DNA from: Glaucostegus cemiculus
Lineage: Eukaryota
Direction of reading: 5' to 3'
Length of the DNA stretch: 64,000 nt
Assembly: GCA_976551045.1 (NCBI GenBank)
Contig: CDPCPM010000239.1
Location: 3,844,001-3,908,000 of the forward strand
Position numbers and translations under genes: made by a program. The notes beneath the pieces are model-generated. The model searched no databases and had not been told where the DNA came from. It saw nothing but the letters and a program-made list of their open reading frames with translations. The first letter of the stretch is position 1; each line of letters begins with the position of its first letter. Positions 25,771 to 37,282 of the stretch are shown piece after piece.

Positions 25771-26994
25771 ATTTACAAAAAAGTTCCAATCACTTTTTGA
25801 AATGAGCCAATACGTTTCTCCTTTATGCACAACTGGCTGGTCTTAATCAATGAAGAGTAACTCAAATCAGTGCCCACACACACAAAGTAGATCCTCTCTC
25901 AATGAAAATAGAACAGCACAGCCCTTCCTGATTGGATGCAGAAATCATTGTAATAGTAAGTAATATGAATTTGGTGTGTTGACTTTGTCTTGATTAAATG
26001 AGTGCAGATTAATACCTGCACTTGTTTTCTAGCATTATCCAATTTAGCCCAATAGTATGAATCTTTGGTTGCCATCATTTTCCAGTTCATCTGGATGCTG
26101 GAGGCTGATTTTATAAATATGCACCCCCAGTATGGAGCATAGCCCGTATGGAGTGTATGCTAGAAAGTGTGAGTATGTTCATGATGACTCTCCATCCATT
26201 AGTTTATATTGATTCTGTCTCATAAACACACTCTGACAATATCAGCTTTTACACCCAGCAACAGAAAGTTAATATCTCAGTTCTATGCCTTAACAATGCC
26301 TGTTGCACTAATGTGATTTTCCACAGCAGCCAACAAGCCATCTAAAGGTCTCTCTAATAGAAATTGGCCATCAATTTTAAATCATTGGCAATGTCGTGCT
26401 TTGGAGCTACTCATGAACAAAATTTCCAAATAAAGAGTAGCCAAAAGCCATTAGGAAGGGATTTGAACCCATACTTCAATTCAACATCAGGATCCTAGAA
26501 GGTTATGCATATCAAAAAAGAATTATTGATTTGACAGCTTAACTGATAATGGTTTACATTTTTTTCATTTTATTTCAATAATAAAATGAAAAGTCTACAG
26601 CTATTTCCAATTTTCCTTTGTATATTTTGCATTTGGTGAATTAATCTTCAATTTGCTCACAGTAAAAGGTTTGGGAAACTACTTTTTGATGATAACTGTT
26701 CTTATTAAATCTTACAAAAAACACTCAGCTATTTAAGTGGTCTTATTATTTAAAACCTTTAATTTAGACTAGGGTTCCATAGTAAATTAGTAAGGGAGCT
26801 CTATCTTACCTCTTTAAGTTACTACCTGAATAGTGTCCGGTAATGCAGTTCCTACTTATGAGGATAAAGACTGTGAAGTCTGACCAACTTTTAACATTTT
26901 TATTATTGCAGAACATTACACGGCATATTCTTTGTTTCATTATGTAAATTATATCATTAATTGTATTATTACTTCAAGCCATTGACCAAGTAGG

Positions 26995-27330
26995 GGAACA
27001 TAGGAACAATCAGGGAGAGGTCCATTTAGCTGCTCAAGTTTGCTCCAACATACAATTAAATCATTGCTGATCAGTACCTTAACTCCAATTATCCACCATA
27101 ACTCTATATGTATTTATACCCTAAACTAATGAAAATGCATTGACCTTAGTCTTGAAAGTGCCAAAGGTTCCAACCACCGGAATATTTTTGGGAAGAGAAT
27201 TTCAGATTTTGACTTTTTTGTTTTGTCTGAAAATGTTTCCTGACTTTGCCCCTGGTGTTGACATAAAGTTTCACATTAACACCACCAGAGTATTTAGTTA
27301 CTCCGCATTGTCGAATATTTTTAAGTTTTA
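26995..27330 (-). mobile_element. Degenerate CR1 3' fragment
   Basis: gaacataggaacaatc...ccatttagctgctcaag...cattgctgatcagtaccttaactcc...gggaagagaatttcagatt. Confidence 0.55.
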
Positions 27331-29016
27331 AATTTTGAGAGAAAAGAATGTATGTGCAAGTGTGTGTGGGAATAGCAGGGAGAACATGTTCGGTGCTTGA
27401 TTCCTGTGACCACTGGTGATTGTGATGGACTCATTTTGGCTTCCAGATATCAATAAATGACCTTAAATTCAGTTCACGGAGAAAGACTCATGGTTGTTGA
27501 GGCAGATCTTTATGAAACTAAGTGCTATGGCAGAATTTCCTTACCAAAAAAATAAAAATAGCAGCAATATAAATTAAAGTAACTTGATTAGTTGTGGTGA
27601 ATTACTACTTGTAACATATGCTCCATTATCTAGGTAATGCGAATATAAGCCTTGCATGTTGCTGAAGAGTAAATGAATTCTTTCTTTGTATTTCACTGAA
27701 AATTATGTCAGAATTGTTTTAAATATACTGAAGACTAATTCATGTGTTTCTCATTCCAAATTGGAGTTTCAATGTGGTGTCTGAATTAGTCCTGATTAAA
27801 GAGTTGCCGACGTGCAGTGATAAATTTGTGCATCATTTTGGAACTTAAAAGAATAGTCATTATTTGATATGATATTTGTAAAATTGATCATATTTTCATG
27901 CATGCATGAACCTGCATAGAAACCTACTGAAATGATAGACAATTTATCTTGAAATTGAAAGCTGGAACTTTTAGGTAGATAAAGTTGAAGGCAAATATTT
28001 TGGAAACCAGTGCAACATGGTTTGTACATTGATGCATTATTATGATCATTATAACCACTGTTAACAGAATAAAAACTGCACCTTTCCTGATCCTAAGTTG
28101 TCCCAAACTGCTCCATGTTCAATGAAGTGCAATAGAATAGGATATGATAGCATCAAACAATGACGTTAAAAGTCAGCAATTTAATCCTACTTGATTTTCT
28201 ATTGACATCAACCAACTGGATCTGATGACTTTAAAAACACGTTCTGAGGCTTTTACAATATTATAGCCTTTAAATGTCTATTTTCTGAGTCACAATTTGA
28301 ATTTTTTGATATTATTCATGGACTGACTGCAGGGAGACACTGTGCAGACAGAAGGAGATAAGAAAGCTCGATTGTGTTGAAAAAGGTCGCAAGCAATGCA
28401 TAAATGTTAAAACCCAGGCTGATGTTCTTTACCTTACTGGCAAATAACACACATGACTATTTGTATGGTACAGTACAGCACATTGTATATGTTATGTAGA
28501 GAATGTTTCATAGTATATATTATACATAGGATAACACGTACAGTATATTTAAAAAGCATATACTATATAATTAAGATTACATTTACCATATATTATATAG
28601 AAAATGCCATATACAATATATACTATAAAGAGAATAGCACAATCTAATTTTCTCCGTGTTTGAAATTCTAGTTAGTGAATTATTCAAACTTTCTACGAAC
28701 AAAACTGATGCCGTAAACACTGTAAATAATGTGTAGTATAGTATAAACTCGTTTCTATCATTAATAAGAAAAGGTGGACTGAAATGTTAAATTAATAAGT
28801 ACGCGCTATATATACGAATCCAACGCCATGTTTCTTTGTACAGGGTTTATCTTAAAACCTTATCACTGTGTTTTAAAGTTATGCTTACATCAAATTGAAG
28901 GGAAATTGGTTGATGACAGATCTAATTCAGACGGACTTTACAAAGTTAATTCCGTATATTTTAAATGCTTAACTGGAGAAGTCAATAGTTTAAATACTAT
29001 TTTCTTGTAAATTATT

Positions 29017-29022
29017 TTTATT
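29017..29022 (-). terminator. Candidate BSX polyadenylation signal AATAAA
   Basis: TTTATT on the + strand about 330 nt past the BSX stop codon. Confidence 0.35.
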
Positions 29023-29354
29023 AACATTTATATAACTTAAAATTGTTGACGAGATGCATTCTACAAGTGCTACTGAAGAGCCAACATTACTAACAGTATA
29101 GGTAGCATCGGGCATCATTTCAGCCTCATATATTTGACATAAATATTAGATTTTCGTTAGTTAACTATATACAGGAAAGAACGTCCGAGCTGGAGACGAT
29201 CAGAAGGTACGGTCCGGGGATTGGCACGTCGGGTCGGTGCGGTTGCTGCGATCTTCGCCCTGCCCCCTCACAAATCCAACAGTCTCAAAGTATTTCCCGT
29301 GTGAACAGTAGCTCTTTCTGATGTATTTCGAGATCTTAAGTTTTAATCTTGTTT

Positions 29355-29612
29355 TTACGCTATATGTTCAGCAGAGCAAATATCATCGTCCTCAATAATA
29401 TCCACATCATCTTCGTGGCCCTCTAACAGGAAGGTGCTCTGGCTGTTTAAAGACTTTATCTCTATGGGGTTTTTCGGGTTTAATTCCGTCTCGCTGACGC
29501 TAGAATCGAGGCGCTGGTCGTCGGTGGGTGAGTTTTTCTGACCGTGGTCATCCCGAGACTTTCTTAGCTGCTTTTTATGCTTCATTCTTCTGTTCTGGAA
29601 CCACGTTTTAAC
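29355..29612 (-). CDS. BSX: BSX exon 3 (homeodomain helix 3 and C-terminus)
   Basis: Acceptor gttatccag|GTT AAA ACG TGG TTC CAG AAC (VKTWFQN); TAA at 29357-29355. Confidence 0.97.
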   Translation of the reverse strand, partial: VKTWFQNRRMKHKKQLRKSRDDHGQKNSPTDDQRLDSSVSETELNPKNPIEIKSLNSQSTFLLEGHEDDVDIIEDDDICSAEHIA

Positions 29613-32600
29613 CTGGATAACACACCGGCCAGAAGTACAAAAAATTTGACAGGAAGAACAACACCATTGACTGAGTGAGTTTAGGGACAAGCCCTGTCGC
29701 AAGATATTTTATATTGCTAACGGGTGAGGGATGACATTAGCCGCTGTTGACCATAGGTAACCTTTTGAAATGGTTCCTCAAATCAAATAATCAAATCCCA
29801 ACAATAATTTCGTAAAATATAATCCAATGTGTTTCCACGAGGTTTATTAAAATTATTCGAAATTACTTACTTCTGTAGAAATATAAAAGTAATTATTTAA
29901 AAATTGGAATTAATATTTAATCGTAAAACACATTGGACGCTTTGCGACCGAAGGCTTTATCCAATTAATATGATGTGTTAAAAAATACTACCAACAGGAT
30001 TTCACCGTCTGCTTGTTTTTGAGAAAGTGACATCACCACATGTCATAACTCTCAGCGCTAAAGTATAGAGGGGAGATTCGAAATGTCAAAGGAAACACTT
30101 CTGTTTCCTACAGGTGACTTGTTATTGAGCCAGGTGTAGTGAATGAGCCGATACTGTTGACTACCAGTACAAAGTGTTTTAATCAAGGATAATCAGCCAT
30201 TTCACTCTCACTGCACCTTTTCTCTTGTTAGATAACATACCTTTACAATTATATGTGCTCACTGCAGATTCTGCTGGTTATATTCGAAAGTATTTTGTTT
30301 TGAGAAACAGCCCTGGATCCTGGCTCCGTGCATTTAGATGAGGAAGTTAGACATAAAGTTTGGGTGATAGTAACCCTGTTTCCATGCGCTGGAGGGCGAG
30401 GGGCGTACTAAGGCGGTGATGTCGTTGGGGGAGGGGTGATTTCAGTGGCAGCGTTGATACAAAAGTCTGGAGCCAAATACAACCAGGTCCCGCAGGGACA
30501 TCAACACCGCATTGAGTGGACGCAGACATTGTGAACTGCCCGAATTAAACTTCATTCGAAGCTGCACAACTTTCCGCTTAACTTGTCTTCGAGTCAAAGG
30601 GCGATGCATTTAATGTGGGTGGCCGGCTCCGTCCAAGGGAAGTCCTGGCCTGCAATCACTGATAGTGATACTGAGCCAGTGAGCAGGTGCTCGCCGTGTC
30701 TCACTTCGTTGTGGAAAGGCCACATATTCTTTGGGAATACTAGTTATAATTTCCTCCCAATGTTTTATATATCAGTTGATATTGTTTGAAAACCTCGATG
30801 CTTTCATCTCCCAGTGTATGCCTTACATCAATTGGTTGGTCTTGTGTTATGAGATTATTTTGGAAAAGTCTAAAGAACTCCCTGTATTAGCCCAAAATAC
30901 AGTTTAGTCGATATTTAGCAACCCCCCTCCCAGCTGTACCTGGGTCTCCGAGAGACTCAGTGCCGACGCCAGTTCCACCCTCTCTGGGGTTGACAGATAG
31001 CGCTGGATCTCGAAGCGTTTCTCGAGCCCCGAGAGCTGAGAGTCCGAGAAGACGGTGCGGGCTTTCCGCCGCCTGCAGTGTTTCCCTGGGAGTTCAGGGG
31101 GGTGTTGGAAGAGAGCCGGCACGTGCATCCCTACTGATAACAAGACACAATGTTTAGTATGGTTTTTCTTCTCAAATCAGCACTCATCGTTATGAAGATT
31201 CCTTGCGCGGTAAAAATTTCTCTTGGGGATCCAGAGGTTGCCGAGTTTTGTTCTCCATCCTCACCACTTGTCCAACAATTCTAGCTGTCGACTAAAGGCA
31301 GATGTACTGAATTAACCCACTTAACATCATCAGCAACACATCAGCTACAACAACAAACCACTGGCACGCTTCCCGTATTTATCAGTTTCATTGGAGGTCG
31401 ATTGAAAATCAATGATTATCTAATTAGCTCCAAGGTCGTACGAAAATAACATTCGCATTTAACAATGTACATTTAAAAATATTTAGTCTTTTACTCGTTA
31501 AACAATTATTTCTGTAAAGTGCCTTTTCATTGTAAATTTTGAATGCTGCTCGAGGTTCCCTTTGATGTGATGTCTATATATTAACAGGACAGTCTTTTTG
31601 AAATTGGGGTATCTGTTAAAGGAATTGACAAATCTTTGCCTGACAGAAGTTCCCGGTGCATTTTCGATTCTGTGCTGATTCGCTGTGGAGTTGGAGTTTT
31701 GTATCGAAACATTTGGTGTAGGGCAATAAAAGGAGAGTGTTGTGAGGCTTGTTGTATCAGACCCGTACAACAAGGCATAACTGATGCTTTAATAAATAAC
31801 AACCTCGATAGCCATGGTTGAAGATACCTGATCATTTTGTGTTATTTCGTGTCTTTTTCAAGCAACGGAACGTGATGTAGAACGATGAGATTTATTTATT
31901 TTGGTAACAATAGAGACTATAAGATCCACTATGAAGTTTAGAAAAGTTTATATTATATATAAAAATAAACTTTTCAAAACTCTCTCTCTCTCATATAGAA
32001 TATAGAATATACGCTGAATAATATATATAAAAATAAACTTTTCAAAACTCTCTCTCATATATATAGAATATACGCTGAATAATAAAAATATAATACAATA
32101 TAATATTAGACTATATATATTTACACGCTGGTTTTACGTCGGATCAGTAGGTAAAAAGCTATATTACAAGCGGGTATACCTTAAGTAACGGCTTTGAAAC
32201 ATTCGATGGTTTAAAAATAATGGGTCTGTCTTGCAAAGTTTAATGTTAAGACACAAAGGAAATGGCGAATTCCTCTGAAATTCTAGAACACGATCAAGAC
32301 CATCTTTTTTTCAAAGATTGAAAGTCAATGTGTGTTGAAAGAGGGGAGTGCATTCGAGTCGCACTTTCTTCCTTAATAGTTGGCACCACTGAAGGCAGAA
32401 ATCGACAAACAGGTATTTATGTTTATCAATTCCCCGAATGGATTTATTGTACTTCGGTTCAAAGATGGCCCACTGATATATGCATCATCATTTGTTCCTG
32501 AACAAACTAGCGGCTGAACAGTACAACACCCGCTCGGCAGTTCCCGAAATATCGATTTCACAGCATTTACATGATTTACCGTGTGTCTGATAAACGTATT

Positions 32601-34529
32601 CAAAGCTCCCACTTTGAACATGGTTCTGGACATTTACCCTCACATAGTCTTTGGTCCAGGGTATTTTGGTTTGTTTGTTACCGATCCTTTGAAGCGCTAT
32701 TTTCTGCTTTCAAGATGCTAAATAAACTAAAGTTGCTGAGTTATTGTGGAAGACCTGATCAATAAGCAGTACAGCCATAGTCATACAGCAGAAAACCAGG
32801 CGCTTCGGCCCACCTCGTCCATGCCGACCCTTTTGTCCATCTACCCTAATCTCATTTGTCTGCATTAGGACAATATCCTTCTGTGCCCTGCCCGTTTCAG
32901 TGTCTGTCTAACTGCCTTGCAGTAACTTAACAAAAATAATTAATGTTGCTATGAGTCTGACGTTTAAAACGATGTTAATAACCATAGTAGAAGAACTATT
33001 TCATATATTTAATACAGAACATGCATCAATATATTAAATGTTTCATTTTACTCTAGATCATTTCAATAAATTTAACGAACATTAATGTCATATAGAATTA
33101 AAGGCAAACTTTTTAGAGCTGAGTTTTGGAAATCTGTTTTATATTTCATTCTGGCGAGAAGCTGCAGTCTGTCTAGTGTAGGTGGTCATGTTACTTCGTG
33201 ATCGCGTTGAGTGTTTTGTAGAAAATAAAATGGCTGTAGGTCCGAATGGGGGCAGAGGGTGGGGGTTTTACAGGGTGCGCAAATTTACACAAACTCTCAA
33301 AAGAAATTGGAAGTTAATCCAGAAAAATTGCGCGGTACTACACTCCCACCTGAAGGTGAAATTTGAAAAGACGTAACTAAGAGCTTGATGAATATAATCC
33401 GTTAAAAGTAAATGCAGATGAATCTTATTCATTTGAAATACACTTTTAAAAACAAAGCCTTAAATATTAAAGACCACAAAACATTCAGATTTCTTAATAA
33501 AAGAGGGATTTTTGAAACATTGATTAACGCCTCTTTAAAACGAATATCTCATTCCCCGTGTCTGGATAACACAAGTGTCAGTTTGCTAACTTTCATTCAT
33601 AAAATAGAATTGATAAAACCGTTATCAGTCGTATTTGCCTGGAATCACAGGAGATTCTAACTCCAACAAAGTAACAAAACTTGAGCAACGATTCCACTTT
33701 GAAAGTGAGTCTTCTAAAGAAGAAATAGAACTCTTTGTCACGCAGTTTGAAATGGAAGTTCAAAACTTCAGCCGTCAGGTCCTACTTTGCAATATTACCG
33801 GTAGGTTAACATTAAAAACAGTCACATTCGCAAAATCAGTTTAACATTCGATCAGGGTCTGCGGCTTATTTCTGGCTTAAATACTTGATTAAACTCACTT
33901 ATTTTTCAGCACACTGAGCGCCGCGCTGTCTAAGACTTTCATTACATTACGCTGGTACGCGGTTCCATTTATATTCCTACAATCTGAGCAGTTGCAACCT
34001 AATTCCTGATGCCTGGATCACAACTGTGAAGAACTTGTATACTACTAAATATATTTATTTAATGCGCTCGATTAAATCTTGGGAAACAGGCAACTAAATA
34101 AAGTGTGAGCGCTGTCTTGACATTGCTTCGCATTTTCACCGCAGACTGCCTCTGCACGTACCGGGAAACGCGCTCTAAACTTAAAATACCCCTCTTGCCT
34201 TCCTTCGGCTGACAAACGCGTCCTTTTACTGTTCTGCTCCCATTTAGGAATTAACAGATGGACTTACCAGGCGAGGTGAGAAAGTAAGGGTGGTGATGCT
34301 CCGGCTTGTGGAGTGGATGATGGGGATGCGGTGCCAGTATCGTCGGAGTTGGCATTATAGGGTATCCATATTCTAGCAGAGGGACACGGGATGCCAAGGA
34401 ACTGGCATAAGAAACGGGAGGGGCTTCTCTCACGGGCTTGGGTTTGTGCAGTAAAATATCTTCGATGAAGAAAGACGTTGGCCGCTGGGCAGAAACCTGG
34501 TGAATCGGGGACGTGAAATTCAGGTTCAT
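29355..34529 (-). CDS. BSX: Brain-specific homeobox protein BSX, complete: complement(join(29355..29612,30940..31130,34268..34529)), 236 aa
   Basis: MNLNFTSP...TSFFIEDILLHKPKP (eh1 motif)...GKHCRRRKARTVFSDSQLSGLEKRFEIQRYLSTPERVELASALSLSETQ|VKTWFQNRRMKHKKQLRK. All introns are GT-AG; 262+191+258=711 nt. Confidence 0.98.
30940..31130 (-). CDS. BSX: BSX exon 2 (homeodomain N-terminal part)
   Basis: Acceptor ttatcagtag|GG ATG CAC; donor CAG|gtacag. Confidence 0.96.
31954..32082 (+). repeat. Tandem duplication, unit about 61-68 bp, in BSX intron 1
   Basis: tatatataaaaataaacttttcaaaac(tc)n atat...agaatatacgctgaataa occurs twice. Confidence 0.9.
32770..32920 (-). mobile_element. CR1 3' tail fragment
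   Basis: catagtcatacagcagaaaaccaggcgcttcggcccacctcgtccatgccgacc... Confidence 0.65.
34268..34529 (-). CDS. BSX: BSX exon 1 (coding part)
   Basis: ATG at 34529; donor CTG|gtaagtc; phase 1. Confidence 0.97.
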
Positions 34530-34589
34530 GGTTCCAACTTCTCTGACTGACAGTCCAGAGAGGGGTTCTTTCGTTTTGTGTTTGTGCGT

Positions 34590-34870
34590 GGAAACTCCGC
34601 TAACTAGCCCGGCGGGTCTTTTATTAGCGAGACTCTTATTTTAGATGCAACAGGTTTGTAGGAGGTTGAGAGACTATTTACTGAAGTAAAAGATTTGCAC
34701 TTCGCCAGGGAATACGGCCGCGATTAGCCAATGGGGAGGCTCTGGGCGGAGGATAGGAATCAATGACTCTGCCTGCTGGGCATGCTGGCGCAGGTAGAGT
34801 TTGTTATCGGGAGCTGGCCCAGGTACTGAAAGAAGCGCCTGATGAAACACATCAATTACAATAATTACTG
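34590..34870 (-). promoter_or_regulatory. BSX proximal promoter
   Basis: TATA-like TAATAAAA (minus strand, 34619-34626) about 90 nt upstream of the ATG; CCAAT at 34728-34732; GC box GGGCGG at 34744-34749; TAATC and TAATT motifs; CpG-rich. Confidence 0.6.
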
Positions 34871-35599
34871 CAAGTGCTTATCGTTTCTTTTGAAAAACCC
34901 GTTGTTTTTTTCTAAACGAAGTTAAGTCTGTCATCAACTTCTAAAAATACCCCCACCCACCAGCCAGACACATTTCACTTGCTCAGTTTTTGTTTCAAGA
35001 ATCAGTGCAAATGAATGAGAGAACACCATTCTGTGGATATGACCAACAGGCTGGGCAACATTTGGTTAGAATGTTGGTCTGGTTGTGGCTCAATGTCAAC
35101 TTTTCCGTTCTCTGGACCAGCTGTTAGGGTACGTCTGCTTTTGAGTTAGTTTTCCAGCATCTGTAGTCGAAAAACAACATTAGCTTTAATAATTTCAGAC
35201 AACTGGCCTTTGCATTTTCTGCGAAAGCTGGTTCGGGTTTTTTTTTCAGTTTACGGATGCTGTACAACCTGCTGGGTATGTTAGCGTCCCCTTTTATTTT
35301 AGATTTGCAGCGACTGCCTTGTTTTGTATCCCACAGTTTCAGTATTTTCTCTCTCCTTCGTCTTCATTCATTTCCTTCCATCTGCAACTTGCGGAGAGCA
35401 ACGATTAAAGAGCCTTCACCCCCCTCTCCCGGCAACACATCATCTTTTGTACCGGTTAATCTCTCCTGTTGTCCACTCGATCACAGACATGTTCTTTTTA
35501 TTCTCTTTTACTCCTCTGCCTTTAAGTTGTAGGTTTGATTTTCTGGCTCTGATCAAAAGTCATCTACTTGAAGGAGTTACTCATCCAGGCTACTCCGTC

Positions 35600-35840
35600 A
35601 GCATCTCCCAGTCTCACCGACCCTATGACTGAGGGCCCTGCTAGGACAGTGAAACATCAGCACACAAGGCTGGTGGAAATATCACCATTCCTTCATCATC
35701 ACTGGGTCTAAATCTCAGAAATTCCCACCCAGGAGCACCTTCACCAGAAAGACTGATGTGGTTGAAGGCAGCAGCTCACCATGAAGGGAGTTTAAGGATG
35801 GATGATCAGTCCTGATCTCGCCAGAGACATTCACAAACTC
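35600..35840 (+). mobile_element. CR1-superfamily LINE 3' fragment
   Basis: ggaaatatcaccattccttcatcatcactgggtctaaatc...gaaggcagcagctcacc, the reverse orientation of the 22515-22870 family. Confidence 0.6.
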
Positions 35841-35976
35841 CCATAATGGATACAAATCTGCGTCCCCGGTCGATTAACGACCCTGACATTTTGTTCACTC
35901 TTCTCCACTCCCAAAACCTGTCCAGTAATTAAATATAAGAGCATGAAAAATCTAACAGACAACTTTCAGATAAACG

Positions 35977-36135
35977 GAGACACAAGAGACCCCAGCTACT
36001 GGAATCTGGAATGACAAAAACAAAACTACTGGAGGAACTCAACGTGTCAGACAGCGTCTGAGGAGGGAAATAGACAGTCGATGTTTCGGGTCTAGACGAA
36101 GGGTCTCAAGTTCCTCCAGCAGTTTGTTTTTTGCT
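35977..36135. mobile_element. Penelope-derived hairpin element, internally deleted
   Basis: Inverted arms about 36015-36039 and 36109-36133; contains a minus-strand GACCCGAAACATCGACTG and a plus-strand GACGAAGGGTCTC, i.e. hammerhead remnants. Confidence 0.6.
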
Positions 36136-36189
36136 CAACTTTCAGGTAAATAATGTTATTTGGCGCATGTGTTTTTTGTGTTGTGAGGG

Positions 36190-36530
36190 TATAGAATCAC
36201 GAAACGGCTATAGCAGGGAAAGAGGCCATTCAGCCCATCATATTCATAACAGAGCAATTTACTAGTCCCACACTCCACCCTTTCCAAACTTTCCCCCCAT
36301 AGTTATCCAGTCCCCTCTTGAAGGCTAAACGTCACCCACCACCACATGTGTGCAGACAGTGCACTTCGGATCCCAAACCTCTCGTTGCAGAAAAAAAAAG
36401 TTTTTCCTCCTGTCATTTTTAAAGCTCTTCCCCATTATGTGACCTTTAATCCTCGACCCCTCCACCACGGCGAACAGCCTCCCACACCATTTTATGTAAT
36501 AGTGATCCGGTGGCTTTCTCCACAACCATC
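36190..36530 (-). mobile_element. CR1 3' fragment
   Basis: atagaatcacgaaacggctatagcagggaaagaggccattcagcccatc; minus ORF GSRIKGHIMGKSFKNDRRKNFF. Confidence 0.65.
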
Positions 36531-37189
36531 CCATGCGTGGTGCAAGCGTGGCCCGAAGTCCTCAGTGCTGCATAGACGGGAAGTCTGAGTTGTGATAATG
36601 GGGTCCTAGCTTCCTGACAAACCAACTCCCCTAGCGGTTTCCATTGATGGGCTGGGGGGTGGGGGTGGTGGGGCAGGTGGGTGGAGAGGCCTTTTGTTCC
36701 CTGTTTTGTTTTGCTTTTCCCAGGGGTTGATGCGGGCGTTGGGGTGTTTTCCAGTTTTCTGAGAAAGGACCGGACCTTACTGCCTACAGTATTTGTCTCT
36801 TTGTATAAAGGTCCCAGTCATCTCAATTCTTGTTTATAATCTACACCATGAAATTACAATTTGACTGGAGCCAATTGAGCAATCGCACCCTGAACCCAAT
36901 GAAAGGAGGTGACACCAGTCCTAGTTGAGCAGGGAGCTTCACAACCCATTCCCAACGCGTGAAATCTATTACCTATTGCAATGCCAAGTGTGCGTGCATT
37001 GTGATGGCGCACTGGATCAACTGCATACTTTAAATTTGCACTCCAATTAAGATTGTGGTAATAATTCTACCAGCAACACAACAAGAAAAAACAAGGAATA
37101 TCTCTTTGTCACTTAGAGTGCAAAACGCAGCGATCGGATTAACATCCAAAGAGGTTCCGTTATATAAGAGAATAACCTGTGCTGGTTTG

Positions 37190-37282
37190 GAGCGGGGTGT
37201 GGAGGTAGGGTGGGAGTGGGACGGGAGTGGGGTGGGGGTGGGGCGGAGTTGGGGCCGAGGGTGGGGGACGTTGGGGCGGGGT
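37190..37282 (+). repeat. G-rich low-complexity tract (G-quadruplex potential)
   Basis: More than ten G3-G5 runs in about 90 nt. Confidence 0.7.

Noticed and set aside
28453-28647. Ile/Tyr-rich ORF with loose periodicity
   Set aside because: Degenerate AT-rich simple repeat (tatattatacatag-like).
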